Shown in pieces: positions 1 to 8,291 of a stretch of 64,000 nt of DNA; position 1 is the first letter of the stretch; each line of letters starts with the position of its first letter. The stretch spans positions 69,249 to 133,248 of the forward strand of contig CAKTOX010000001.1 of assembly GCA_934590355.1 (NCBI GenBank). The letters run 5' to 3'. This DNA is from an uncultured Oscillospiraceae bacterium (GTDB lineage Bacteria; Bacillota; Clostridia; Oscillospirales; Oscillospiraceae). Made by a program: the position numbers and the translations under genes. The notes beneath the pieces were generated by a model. The model had not been told where the DNA came from and did not search any database. It saw only the letters and a list, made by a program, of their open reading frames with translations.

Positions 1-218
1 TTTTTATATAAAAGCGGCAGCAGTCCGGAATGGTCTATATGCGCATGGGTCACGAGCGCAAAGTCGAGCATCGACGCCGCGACTGGCAGCTCCTGATTTT
101 CAAAAATGTCCTTGCCCTGCTCCATGCCGCAGTCAACAACGCCCTTTTTATCCCCGATCTCGAGCAGAGTGCAGCTTCCCGTTACCTCGTGGGCAGCACC
201 TAAAAACGTAAGCTTCAT
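1..218 (-). CDS. MBL-fold metallo-hydrolase (beta-CASP/RNase J-like), N-terminal part; gene continues past the left window edge
   Basis: Own minus-strand translation from ATG 218-216: MKLTFLGAAHEVTGSCTLLEIGDKKGVVDCGMEQGKD...ALVTHAHIDHSGLLPLLYK with the HxHxDH zinc motif; too short for the ORF track. Confidence 0.7.
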   Translation of the reverse strand, partial: MKLTFLGAAHEVTGSCTLLEIGDKKGVVDCGMEQGKDIFENQELPVAASMLDFALVTHAHIDHSGLLPLLYK

Positions 219-231
219 TTTTCCTTTCGCC

Positions 232-1038
232 TCACAGTTCCGGAGTCCATCCGTCGGCAAAGGGGTCAGCCTGCGCGGGGCGGGTGAGCTCAACATAATA
301 TCCGGCGTAACTCAGATCCATGTACGGCAGCACGAAAAACTGCACGAATACGCCGAGTCCGATGACATTGAGAAATTCCGTCGCAAAGGACGGGGACATA
401 TACTCTGCAAGCGTAATGCCGAGCGACACGGCAAGCGCTACGAGCAGCAGCCAGCCTATAAAGCTAAAATCGAAGCAGAAAAGCTCCCATTTGTGGCCCT
501 TCATGATGCGCTTGCTCTCGTTTATGCAGGAAATCGGGTCCATTTCGGGGTGCTCAAGCAGCAGGTAGAGCGACATACGGTAGCGGTAAGCCGCGATGAT
601 GCCGGGAATGACAAACAGCAGCGACCACAGAAAGACGAATATCGCCTGAAGTATCGACAGCCAGATAACGCGCCAAAACATACCGAAGCCGTCAAAGAGA
701 TTCCAATAGCTCGACTGTCTTGCGCGAACTGTGTTGAGGCAGAAGATCGCAAAGCCCGCTCCGAGCACTATGCTCACGATCTCGATCGCAATGTTGAGGA
801 GCACGGCGGCAGGGCTCGGCGCAGCCTTCTCAAGCAGATACAGCACTCGGCTCTCATCGAGCATATCGCCCTGCGCGAGAATGGACTGCATCTCAATACG
901 GTAGCTGCCTACGAGCTTATACGACAGATAGCTGAGCAGCGCGCTGACGAAAATGAAAATGATCGCCATCAGCACGGGCTTGGGGTCGGCGGTTTTTATG
1001 AGTGTTTTTGACTGAGCCTTGATCTGTTTTCTGTTCAT
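232..1038 (-). CDS. DUF975-like polytopic membrane protein
   Basis: 268-aa ORF with several hydrophobic helices; N-terminus MNRKQIKAQSKTLIK resembles DUF975 proteins; GGAGG shortly upstream of the ATG. Confidence 0.5.
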   Translation of the reverse strand: MNRKQIKAQSKTLIKTADPKPVLMAIIFIFVSALLSYLSYKLVGSYRIEMQSILAQGDMLDESRVLYLLEKAAPSPAAVLLNIAIEIVSIVLGAGFAIFCLNTVRARQSSYWNLFDGFGMFWRVIWLSILQAIFVFLWSLLFVIPGIIAAYRYRMSLYLLLEHPEMDPISCINESKRIMKGHKWELFCFDFSFIGWLLLVALAVSLGITLAEYMSPSFATEFLNVIGLGVFVQFFVLPYMDLSYAGYYVELTRPAQADPFADGWTPEL

Positions 1039-1141
1039 ACGATCTGACCTCCGTTCTTTATGCTTCGATTATAGCATCTTCCTATAAAAAATAACAGAGC
1101 GTGCGCGAAAAAAATATTGCGTACCGCGAAGAAGAATTAGC

Positions 1142-1170
1142 TTGACAAGTCGCACGAGTGATGCTATTAT
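1142..1170 (+). promoter_or_regulatory. sigma-70-type promoter of tRNA-Leu
   Basis: TTGACA (1142-1147), 17-nt spacer, TATTAT (1165-1170), about 19 nt before the tRNA 5' end. Confidence 0.6.
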
Positions 1171-1188
1171 TATCAGGCACTTAAATGC

Positions 1189-1276
1189 GCGCGAGTGGTG
1201 GAATTGGCAGACTCGCTAGATTCAGGTTCTAGTGCTCACTCCGGGCGTGCGGGTTCAAGTCCCGCCTCGCGCACCA
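1189..1276 (+). tRNA. tRNA-Leu (anticodon CAG)
   Basis: Acceptor stem GCGCGAG/CTCGCGC, anticodon arm CTAGA-TTCAGGT-TCTAG, long variable arm (class II), T-loop GGTTCAAGTCC, encoded CCA end. Confidence 0.9.
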
Positions 1277-1289
1277 AACATTGTAAAAT

Positions 1290-1320
1290 CCCGCAGTCCT
1301 TGCGACTGCGGGAATTTTTA
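1290..1320 (+). terminator. Rho-independent terminator after tRNA-Leu
   Basis: 9-bp stem CCCGCAGTC/GACTGCGGG with 5-nt loop, followed by AATTTTTAT. Confidence 0.7.
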
Positions 1321-1333
1321 TATATTCAGGGGC

Positions 1334-1362
1334 TTGACTTTTGAATTTTTCTGCTGTAAACT
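1334..1362 (+). promoter_or_regulatory. promoter of the TetR-family gene
   Basis: TTGACT (1334-1339), 17-nt spacer, TAAACT (1357-1362). Confidence 0.5.
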
Positions 1363-1367
1363 GTATC

Positions 1368-1384
1368 TGTCAGTCAAACTGACA
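1368..1384. promoter_or_regulatory. 17-bp perfect palindrome, putative TetR operator (site 1)
   Basis: TGTCAGT-CAA-ACTGACA directly downstream of the -10 element and 25 nt before the TetR start codon. Confidence 0.55.
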
Positions 1385-1408
1385 ATTGCATAGGGGGAGG
1401 GACAGCAT

Positions 1409-2041
1409 TTGCCGCACGAGGAGCTGAGAGAAAAGAACATCAGGCTCGTAATCGAGAACGCCCTTGATAGTTTTTTGGAAAACGGAATAGAAAAAACCAA
1501 GGTAGCCGACATTGCGCGCCGCTCCGGGCTCACGGAGCGCTCGGTTTTTCGGTATTTTGAGACCAAGGCCGACCTCGTTTTGGCTGCATCGCTGCTGTAT
1601 TGGAACAGGATACTTGCGCTTATCGACCGTATGTCGCATGAAAATTCCGACGGCGGCACGACCGGCCTTGAGGACGCGGCAAACGTGCTCGTGTGCTACT
1701 CGATGCTGTATCACCTCGACCCCAAGGGCATGCGCTTCACGCTCGATGCGGAGCTGACCTTGCAGGCAGCAGGCAGGCTGCATGAGATAAAAAACCAGCC
1801 GCCCGAGCCGTTTGAGACCTCCGGAGGTCCCATGGCGAAGGCTATCCGCAAGGGTCTTGCCGACGGCTCGATAAGCCCCGAGGTGGACGTGAAGGAGATA
1901 TACTACAACTCCTACGACGCAATTCTGGGAATAATGCAGCGCCTTTCCATAGGTGGCAGCCCCAGCGCGAGAGAGCTCGATTACGACAGCAGAATGCTCC
2001 ATCTCAGCGAGATGTTCGTTAAAGCGCTCAGCGGAAAATAA
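1409..2041 (+). CDS. TetR/AcrR-family transcriptional regulator
   Basis: 210 aa; N-terminal HTH signature IEKTKVADIARRSGLTERSVFRYFETKADL; TTG start 8 nt after GGAGG. Confidence 0.85.
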   Translation: MPHEELREKNIRLVIENALDSFLENGIEKTKVADIARRSGLTERSVFRYFETKADLVLAASLLYWNRILALIDRMSHENSDGGTTGLEDAANVLVCYSMLYHLDPKGMRFTLDAELTLQAAGRLHEIKNQPPEPFETSGGPMAKAIRKGLADGSISPEVDVKEIYYNSYDAILGIMQRLSIGGSPSARELDYDSRMLHLSEMFVKALSGK

Positions 2042-2053
2042 CAAGCGAATTTC

Positions 2054-2079
2054 AAATCCCGAGTTATCGGGATTTGTGT
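2054..2079 (+). terminator. terminator hairpin after the TetR gene
   Basis: AAATCCCGA-GTTA-TCGGGATTT stem-loop followed by a short T-containing tail (weak U tract). Confidence 0.5.
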
Positions 2080-2090
2080 ATGCCCGCTTT

Positions 2091-2107
2091 TGTCAGCCTT
2101 GCTGACA
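2091..2107. promoter_or_regulatory. 17-bp palindrome, putative TetR operator (site 2) in front of dehydratase cassette 1
   Basis: TGTCAG-CCTTG-CTGACA; same half-sites and same total length as 1368-1384; about 44 nt upstream of ATG 2151. Confidence 0.5.
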
Positions 2108-2150
2108 TAAATGGGCAAATATAAAAAAACACACAGGAAGAAGGGCCGCA

Positions 2151-3356
2151 ATGAAAGAACTGAAGCATTTGATTTACTTTGAGAGCCTGCTGGAGGACAC
2201 GAACAACGAGCTTGTCCGCAAGGCAGAGTCGGAGGGGGACCTGGCGCTCGGTTACACCTGCTTTCACGCGCCGGAGGTGCTCATGAACTTGGGCAATTGC
2301 TTCTCCGTCCGGCTTCGTGCACCGCACACCAACTCCATGGAGCTGGCAACCTATTACATGGCCAACAACAGCTGCGAGTTCGCCCGTGCGCTTTTGGAGC
2401 GCGCGCTTGAGGGCAACTACGCATTTCTCCACGCCATGATAGGCGTTGACGTCTGCGAGGCGAATAACCGCGCCATCGAGAATATGGAGATCATGCACGC
2501 GCAGGGCGAGGACAAGGACAAATTCTTCTACTGCAATCTGGACATTCCCTATTCCGACGACGAGGACTGCGTCGAGCACATCCGCGAGCAGGTCTCCAGA
2601 AAAATTTTAAAGCCCCTGCGCGAAAACTACGGCATCGACACCTCGGACGACGCCATCCGCGCCGCCGTGAGCGAGCACAACGAGGTCTGCCGCATTTTGA
2701 CCGAGATAGGCGAGCTGCGCAAGCTGGATATCCCGCCCGTCACGGGCTATGAGTACGCCGTTTTGGTTTTGGTCAGCTACACCTGCCCCAAGCGGTTCAT
2801 TCTCCCCTACCTGCGCGAGACGCTTGAGGAGATAAAAAGCCGCAAGACCGACGCCGAGAAGGACTACCGCGTCCGCGTTGTCGTCGTCGGCTCGGAGATC
2901 GACGATCCTCAGCTCATCAAGCTCATCGAGGGCTGCGGCGCACTGGTGGTCGCCGACCGCTACTGCTACGGCTCCTTCCCCGGCAGACAGGAGATAGAGC
3001 TCACCGACACCGAGGACGCACTCACGCAGGTCTGCCGCTGGTATCTGCAAAACACGGAGTGCCCGCGCCAGAGCGCAATGCACCGCGTCAAGTACCGCAA
3101 CGACCACGTCGCGCAGCTTGTTAAGGACTTTAACGCCGACGGCGCTATTTACGAGCAGATGAAGTTCTGCACCTACTGGTCGTATGAGCGCGTCATCGCA
3201 AACCAGGTCATGCCCCGCGACTACGGCATCCACATTCTCTCCATAGACCGCCCCTACATTTCCGGTCAGAGCGGTCAGCTTCGCACGAGAGTGCAGGCCT
3301 TCGTGGAGAGCCTTGAAATGAAAAAGCTCAGGACAGCTCAGAAGGAGGAAAACTGA
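2151..3356 (+). CDS. 2-hydroxyacyl-CoA dehydratase/benzoyl-CoA reductase family protein, HgdB-like small subunit (cassette 1)
   Basis: 401 aa; six Cys conserved with the paralogs at 5278 and 11169 (GYTC, SCEF, VCEA, DRYCYGS, ECPR, KFC); overall HGD-D-family look; GGAAG RBS. Confidence 0.8.
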   Translation: MKELKHLIYFESLLEDTNNELVRKAESEGDLALGYTCFHAPEVLMNLGNCFSVRLRAPHTNSMELATYYMANNSCEFARALLERALEGNYAFLHAMIGVDVCEANNRAIENMEIMHAQGEDKDKFFYCNLDIPYSDDEDCVEHIREQVSRKILKPLRENYGIDTSDDAIRAAVSEHNEVCRILTEIGELRKLDIPPVTGYEYAVLVLVSYTCPKRFILPYLRETLEEIKSRKTDAEKDYRVRVVVVGSEIDDPQLIKLIEGCGALVVADRYCYGSFPGRQEIELTDTEDALTQVCRWYLQNTECPRQSAMHRVKYRNDHVAQLVKDFNADGAIYEQMKFCTYWSYERVIANQVMPRDYGIHILSIDRPYISGQSGQLRTRVQAFVESLEMKKLRTAQKEEN

Positions 3357-3357
3357 C

Positions 3358-4926
3358 ATGGCATACAACCCCAAAACCGGCAAAGGCTTGGGCAGATATT
3401 ACGATGCCGAGCACCGCGCCTTCCGCGCCCGCGAATGGAGAGGCTTTAAGGACACCTTTTACGATTTCTTCCGCTGGCTCTACCTGTACGGCTTCATGGC
3501 CGTAAAGCTGGGCTGCCACCCCATACTCATGGTCAAATCCATGCTGCGCTACCGCTGGATGGTCTCCTACCTCACCGCGGCGCACATGGTCGACCGCCAC
3601 ACCATGGGGCTGCGCGGCAAGGAGCTGCACTATGCCCACAACCAGTTCTTCTCCGTCCTGCACAACTCCGTCATCGGCGTTCGTGACATCATCGTGCGCG
3701 ACGAGAACCTGCGCCCGAACAGCAAGCGTGCGGCAAAGCTGCGCGAGAACACCGTCATGTTCGACGAGATGACCCCGCATCTTATCATGATGGGCTTCCC
3801 CACCGTCAAGTGGATCGACATCGCCATGTTCGCCATCGGTCTGCCCTCCGAGGTCGATCAGAACGCAAGTATGTTCTACATAGACGCAATGGAGCATCTC
3901 GGTCTGCCGGCAGACGTCTGCCCCGAGCCCGCCTCCGAGTGCGGCTGCGCCGTTGTTGACGACTACCCCCGCGTCGGCAAGTGCTACTTCACCGGCACCA
4001 TGCCCTGCGACGGTGCGATCTCCCAGACGAATATCCTCACCCGCCACTTCAAGGATCTGCCCTCGTTCCAGATAACTCCCCCGCAGAGAATAAACGAGCC
4101 CGAGGTGCAGACCTACGCGATCAAGAACCTCAAAAAGGGCATCGAATTTCTCGAGCAGCAGTTCGGCGTAAAGTGGGACTGGGACGCATTTTGGAAAAAT
4201 GCCGAAATGTACAACGAAAGCTCCCGCTGCATGGTCGAAAAGTGGGACGTCAACTGCACCGACTATCCTCAGGTCTGCGGCGCTGCGCTTGCGCTCCAGC
4301 GCGAGTATGAGTTTCAGGCGGCCGCATGCATGGACGAGTTCATGCTCAAGACCGACCGCAAGGTCACCAAGATGATGCTCAAGGGCTACGAAAAGGACAA
4401 GGCGGCCAACGCACCCAAGCCCAAGTACCGCTGCCTCGTTTGGGCATGCCCCGCGCATTATTACACCAACTTCACCTATTGGACTCAGCACTGCTGGGGC
4501 GTCACCTGCGTAAACGACATGGAGGCGATGCTCAGCTACCTGCCCATCAGCACCGACAACAAGGATCAGGCGCTTGCCGACCTCGTTCGCTGCTATGAGA
4601 GAATGATGATGCGCTCCCACACCAACGGAGGTTATGCAAACCTGCTCGACGAGTGCTGGAAGATGTGCGAGAAATTTAACGTCAACATCGTCATCATGTA
4701 CGACCACGTTTCCTGCAAAAACGTCGGCGGTCTGCACGGTCTGTTCGAGGATCAGGCGCGTGAGCGCGGCATCCACCTCATTTGGATACCCCACGATGTT
4801 ATGGACCCGCGTACCGTATCCCGCCGCGAAATGCGCGAGGCGTTCAATCAGTATATGACGACCGTACTGCGCGAGGAGCCCCTCGACCCGACGCTGCTCG
4901 ATTACGAAGACAATCTCAGCTGGTAA
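3358..4926 (+). CDS. 2-hydroxyacyl-CoA dehydratase family protein, HgdA-like large subunit (cassette 1)
   Basis: 522 aa; starts 1 nt after the preceding stop with GGAGG RBS; motifs REWRG, DVCPEP, MPCDG, HCWG, SCK shared with paralogs 6471 and 9976. Confidence 0.8.
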   Translation: MAYNPKTGKGLGRYYDAEHRAFRAREWRGFKDTFYDFFRWLYLYGFMAVKLGCHPILMVKSMLRYRWMVSYLTAAHMVDRHTMGLRGKELHYAHNQFFSVLHNSVIGVRDIIVRDENLRPNSKRAAKLRENTVMFDEMTPHLIMMGFPTVKWIDIAMFAIGLPSEVDQNASMFYIDAMEHLGLPADVCPEPASECGCAVVDDYPRVGKCYFTGTMPCDGAISQTNILTRHFKDLPSFQITPPQRINEPEVQTYAIKNLKKGIEFLEQQFGVKWDWDAFWKNAEMYNESSRCMVEKWDVNCTDYPQVCGAALALQREYEFQAAACMDEFMLKTDRKVTKMMLKGYEKDKAANAPKPKYRCLVWACPAHYYTNFTYWTQHCWGVTCVNDMEAMLSYLPISTDNKDQALADLVRCYERMMMRSHTNGGYANLLDECWKMCEKFNVNIVIMYDHVSCKNVGGLHGLFEDQARERGIHLIWIPHDVMDPRTVSRREMREAFNQYMTTVLREEPLDPTLLDYEDNLSW

Positions 4927-4943
4927 TTAAGGAGGAAATAAAA

Positions 4944-5099
4944 ATGGCTTGGTACTGGATAGTTCTGATAGTTCTCTTTACTCTGTTCTGTCTGCTGTTT
5001 CTGGCATACATGACCAACGCGGACATGAAGCTCATCGAAAAAATATACAACGCCCTTATAAAATACCACGACAGCAAGAGCGTCGAGGAAAAGATCTGA
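4944..5099 (+). CDS. 51-aa single-pass membrane mini-protein (cassette 1)
   Basis: ATG 4944 lies 8 nt after GGAGG (4931-4935) inside ORF-track entry 4782..5099; MAWYWIVLIVLFTLFCLLFLAYMTNADMKLIEKIYNALIKYHDSKSVEEKI; shares a motif with the mini-proteins at 8060 and 8444. Confidence 0.65.
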   Translation: MAWYWIVLIVLFTLFCLLFLAYMTNADMKLIEKIYNALIKYHDSKSVEEKI

Positions 5100-5136
5100 T
5101 CCGATCTTCAAAACAGCATAAAGCGCTATAACGAAA

Positions 5137-5164
5137 AGAGCAGGCATGAGCCTGCTCTTTTTTG
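5137..5164 (+). terminator. Rho-independent terminator ending cassette 1
   Basis: AGAGCAGGC-ATGA-GCCTGCTCT stem-loop followed by TTTTTT. Confidence 0.8.
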
Positions 5165-5195
5165 TCGGTTTTTCGACATAAAGCAAAGTTTTGTG

Positions 5196-5223
5196 TTGCA
5201 ATTCTCGCCGAAAATGTTAAAAT
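5196..5223 (+). promoter_or_regulatory. promoter of cassette 2
   Basis: TTGCAA (5196-5201), 16-nt spacer, TAAAAT (5218-5223). Confidence 0.5.
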
Positions 5224-5277
5224 ATTATCGGTTTGCTTTATGCAGGCCTATCGCTAAGATAAAAACACGGAGGAAAC

Positions 5278-6474
5278 ATGAAAGATTTAAAGCATCTGCT
5301 GTATTTTGAGAATCTTCTTCAAGAGGCTCAAAATGAACTGATCCTGCAGGCGCAGAGCGAGGGGGATATCTGCGTGGCTTATGTCTGCGAAAACACTCCC
5401 GAACCGCTGCTGAATCTGCCGGGAACATTCTCGACCCGCCTGCGTGCGCCGCGCACGGGCTCGATGGAAATGGCGACCTACTACATGACGAGCTTCCTTT
5501 GCGAGTACAGCCGCGCCCTGCTTGAGCGCGCGATCGAGGGCGGCTTCAACTTTGCCGACTGCATCATCACGCCCGACGGCTGCACGATGATGAACAGAGC
5601 CGTTGAGAATATGGAGCTTCTCAACGCCGTCGGCAAGGACAAGGAAAACTTCTTCTATGAGTACATGGAAATACCCATGAAGGCCGACGACAACGGTCTT
5701 AATCTCTACACGCTCCAGTGCAAAAACCACATTCTCACCCCGCTGCACGAGCACTACGGCATCGACGTTTCCGACGAGGCCATCCGCAAGGCAGTCGCGG
5801 AGCACAACCGCGTGTGCGAGCTCATACGCGCCATCGGCGAGTTCAGAAAGGGCGTCGCTCCGCGCATCACGGGCTATGAGTTCCACGTCATCACCCTTGC
5901 GACCTACGCCGCTCCCAAGGCGCTTCTCATCAGTAAGCTCGAGGAGACGCTCGAGGAGCTCAAGACCCGTGAGCCGGACGATACGAAATACCGCGCAAGA
6001 GTCCTCGTCGTGGGCTCGGAGATCGACGACACGGACTTTATTAAGCTCATCGAGAGCACCGGAGCATACGTCTGCGCCGACCGCTTCTGCTACGGCTCCC
6101 TGCCCGGCAGAGATCCCATCGTGCTCACCGATGATGAGGACGCGCTCACGCAGGTCTGCCGCCAGTATATGTACCGCGGTCAGTGCCCGAGATACATGAA
6201 CACCGCGAAAATGAACGGCAGACGCGAATACGTCAACGCCCTTGCCAAGGAATACGACGCCGACGGCATAATCTACGAGCAGATAAAGTTCTGCGATCCC
6301 TGGGCTTACGAGCGCATGATGGGCTCGCACATTCTGCACGATGACTACGGCTATCCCGTGCTCTCGGTCGACCGCCCGTACTGCATTTCGAGCTCCGGTC
6401 AGATGCGCACCCGCGTTCAGGCATTTGTCGAGAGCGTCGAGATCAAGAGGATCCAGGGAGGGGAAAAGAAATGA
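5278..6474 (+). CDS. HgdB-like small subunit (cassette 2)
   Basis: 398 aa; paralog of 2151..3356 along the full length (MKDLKHLLYFENLL..., ...GQMRTRVQAFVESVEIK); same six Cys. Confidence 0.8.
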   Translation: MKDLKHLLYFENLLQEAQNELILQAQSEGDICVAYVCENTPEPLLNLPGTFSTRLRAPRTGSMEMATYYMTSFLCEYSRALLERAIEGGFNFADCIITPDGCTMMNRAVENMELLNAVGKDKENFFYEYMEIPMKADDNGLNLYTLQCKNHILTPLHEHYGIDVSDEAIRKAVAEHNRVCELIRAIGEFRKGVAPRITGYEFHVITLATYAAPKALLISKLEETLEELKTREPDDTKYRARVLVVGSEIDDTDFIKLIESTGAYVCADRFCYGSLPGRDPIVLTDDEDALTQVCRQYMYRGQCPRYMNTAKMNGRREYVNALAKEYDADGIIYEQIKFCDPWAYERMMGSHILHDDYGYPVLSVDRPYCISSSGQMRTRVQAFVESVEIKRIQGGEKK

Positions 6475-8042
6475 GCAACAAGAGAATAGGCTGCGAGAAC
6501 TTCGGCAAGGTATATGTCGAGGGTAAGCGTTACAGAAGCCGCCGTGAGTGGCGCGGCGTCGTTGATACACTTTACGATTACTCCAGATGGCTTCACAACT
6601 GGTTTAACATGGCGAGGATCGTCCTTATAAAGCCCCGCAACGTCAAGGCGATGTTCCGCTACCGCTGGATGGCAAACTACCTCGCCGTTCCCATGATGAT
6701 CGACCGCCACACTCAGGGTCTGCGCGGCGAGCATCTGCGCATCTGCCACGCCGAGCAGGACGTCATCGTTGAGGACGTCGCAAAGCTGCTCGACAAGCTC
6801 TTCAAGGGCGACCGCCGCATCGGAAACGACACCGAGTTTTCCAAGAAGGTCGTGCTCGTTGACGAAAACGAGATGCAGTCCGTAATGATGGGCTTTCCCA
6901 CCGTCGTGCCGCTCAGCCGCGAGATAGCCTCGACCTACATTCCCGTGCTTCTCAACCAGCGCGCCGCCATACACTACATAGACGTTGCTCAGGAATACGG
7001 TCTTGCCGGCGACGTTTGCCCGATGCCGGAGGCTGAGGCGGGCGTTTCCATCGATGACGACGCACCCATCCTCGGCTGCTGCGCCGTGCAGTGCAACACC
7101 ACCTGCGACGGCTCGCTGCTCAGTAACGGCGTCATCTCAAAGCGCATGGAGCTCGAGGACGGCATCCCCGTTTTCCAGCTCGCATCCCCGCTGCGTCACG
7201 TTAACGAGGACGTTCAGGAATACGCCGCGCAGGAAATTCGCAACGCCATTGCCTTCATCGAGGAGCACACGGGCGAAAAGTGGGACTGGACCCACTACTT
7301 CGAGTGCGCAAGACGCGTAAACTACGCAACGAAGTGCCGTCTGGAGTGGCTTGAAATGAACAAGTCCCCCTATCCGCAGGTCTTCGGCTCGAACCTCGCT
7401 CTGTACACCGAGACCAACTACATGGCGATAAGCGGCAGACTGCCCATCTTCGAAAAGACCGACCGCAAGATAACGAAGCTTGCCGAGCGCGCGTACAAGA
7501 AAAAGAAGATGGTCGCAAACGAGTACCGCCACCGCGCAATCGTTTGGGGCGTGCAGTCGCATTATTACATGGATCTGCTCGTTTGGATGCTCAACTGCTG
7601 GGGCATCGTGCCGCTGACGGATATGCTCTCGATGGACAACACCGAGATGATCGCAGAGGTCGACACCCCCGAAAACCGCGAGCAGGCGATATACGACATT
7701 GCAATGCTCACCGAGCGCATGATAATGCGCAACCGCACCCACGGCGGCTATAAGGTGCTGCTTGACGACCTGTGGAAGTTCGTTGAGGAGTTTAACGCCG
7801 ACATGGTCATTCTCTGGGAGCACATGAGCTGCAAGGCTCTCGACGGTATGCACGGAATGTTCGAGGAGCGCGCCCGCGAGCGCGGCATCCACCTTGTGTG
7901 GGTCTCCCACGATCTGTTTGACCCGCGCGTGGTCTCCCGTCAGGGCGTGCGTGATCAGATAAACACCTATATGCGCACGGTCATGGGCGAGGAGCCCGTT
8001 GACCCGAGCCTTGAAATTCTCCCCGACGAGGAATCGTGGTAA
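6471..8042 (+). CDS. HgdA-like large subunit (cassette 2)
   Basis: 523 aa; ATGA start/stop overlap with the previous gene; GGAGG RBS; paralog of 3358..4926. Confidence 0.8.
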   Translation: MSNKRIGCENFGKVYVEGKRYRSRREWRGVVDTLYDYSRWLHNWFNMARIVLIKPRNVKAMFRYRWMANYLAVPMMIDRHTQGLRGEHLRICHAEQDVIVEDVAKLLDKLFKGDRRIGNDTEFSKKVVLVDENEMQSVMMGFPTVVPLSREIASTYIPVLLNQRAAIHYIDVAQEYGLAGDVCPMPEAEAGVSIDDDAPILGCCAVQCNTTCDGSLLSNGVISKRMELEDGIPVFQLASPLRHVNEDVQEYAAQEIRNAIAFIEEHTGEKWDWTHYFECARRVNYATKCRLEWLEMNKSPYPQVFGSNLALYTETNYMAISGRLPIFEKTDRKITKLAERAYKKKKMVANEYRHRAIVWGVQSHYYMDLLVWMLNCWGIVPLTDMLSMDNTEMIAEVDTPENREQAIYDIAMLTERMIMRNRTHGGYKVLLDDLWKFVEEFNADMVILWEHMSCKALDGMHGMFEERARERGIHLVWVSHDLFDPRVVSRQGVRDQINTYMRTVMGEEPVDPSLEILPDEESW

Positions 8043-8059
8043 TTGGAAAGGAGATAAAA

Positions 8060-8227
8060 ATGTCCAAGCTTTGCCCTGTTTTCAAAAAGCTCTCGCTGGC
8101 GGGACTGTCGTTTTTCGCCGTCACCTTCGCCGTGTATTATTTTAATCTCGACATGAAGATGACCTCGGCAATGGAGCCGGTGCTCGAATTTTTCTACGAC
8201 AGAGTAGACCGCGACCAGCACCTATGA
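8060..8227 (+). CDS. 55-aa single-pass membrane mini-protein (cassette 2)
   Basis: ATG 8060 lies 6 nt after AGGAG, inside ORF 8036..8227; MSKLCPVFKKLSLAGLSFFAVTFAVYYFNLDMKMTSAMEPVLEFFYDRVDRDQHL. Confidence 0.65.
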   Translation: MSKLCPVFKKLSLAGLSFFAVTFAVYYFNLDMKMTSAMEPVLEFFYDRVDRDQHL

Positions 8228-8241
8228 TCTATTAAATATGC

Positions 8242-8282
8242 AAAAACCTGCCGTGAGCTTTAACGTTCACGGCAGGTTTTTC
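8242..8282. terminator. bidirectional terminator between convergent cassettes 2 and 3
   Basis: 11-bp stem ACCTGCCGTGA/TCACGGCAGGT flanked by AAAAA on the left and TTTTT on the right. Confidence 0.8.
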
Positions 8283-8291
8283 TATCATATT

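Noticed and set aside
3328-4794. Long ORFs antisense to recognised genes. Examples: 3328-4794(-), 2607-3383(-), 5287-6570(-), 8417-9991(+), 9928-11160(+), 15071-16279(+), 18730-20076(+), 20874-21854(+), 23509-25563(-), 25696-26892(-), 38681-39571(-), 41013-41921(+), 49189-50415(+), 54424-55329(+), 59981-61045(-), 62985-63854(-).
   Set aside because: GC-rich coding DNA leaves the antisense frames poor in stop codons. Their translations are low-complexity (R/A/G/H/D/V-rich) with no recognisable motifs. The opposite strand carries clear family signatures, RBSs, operon-style start/stop coupling and, for the dehydratase genes, three-way paralogy.
4782-4943. Upstream part of ORF 4782-5099 (105 aa), and likewise 8036-8059.
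   Set aside because: These segments overlap the 3' end of the large subunit in another frame. The Shine-Dalgarno sequences sit in front of the internal ATGs at 4944 and 8060.
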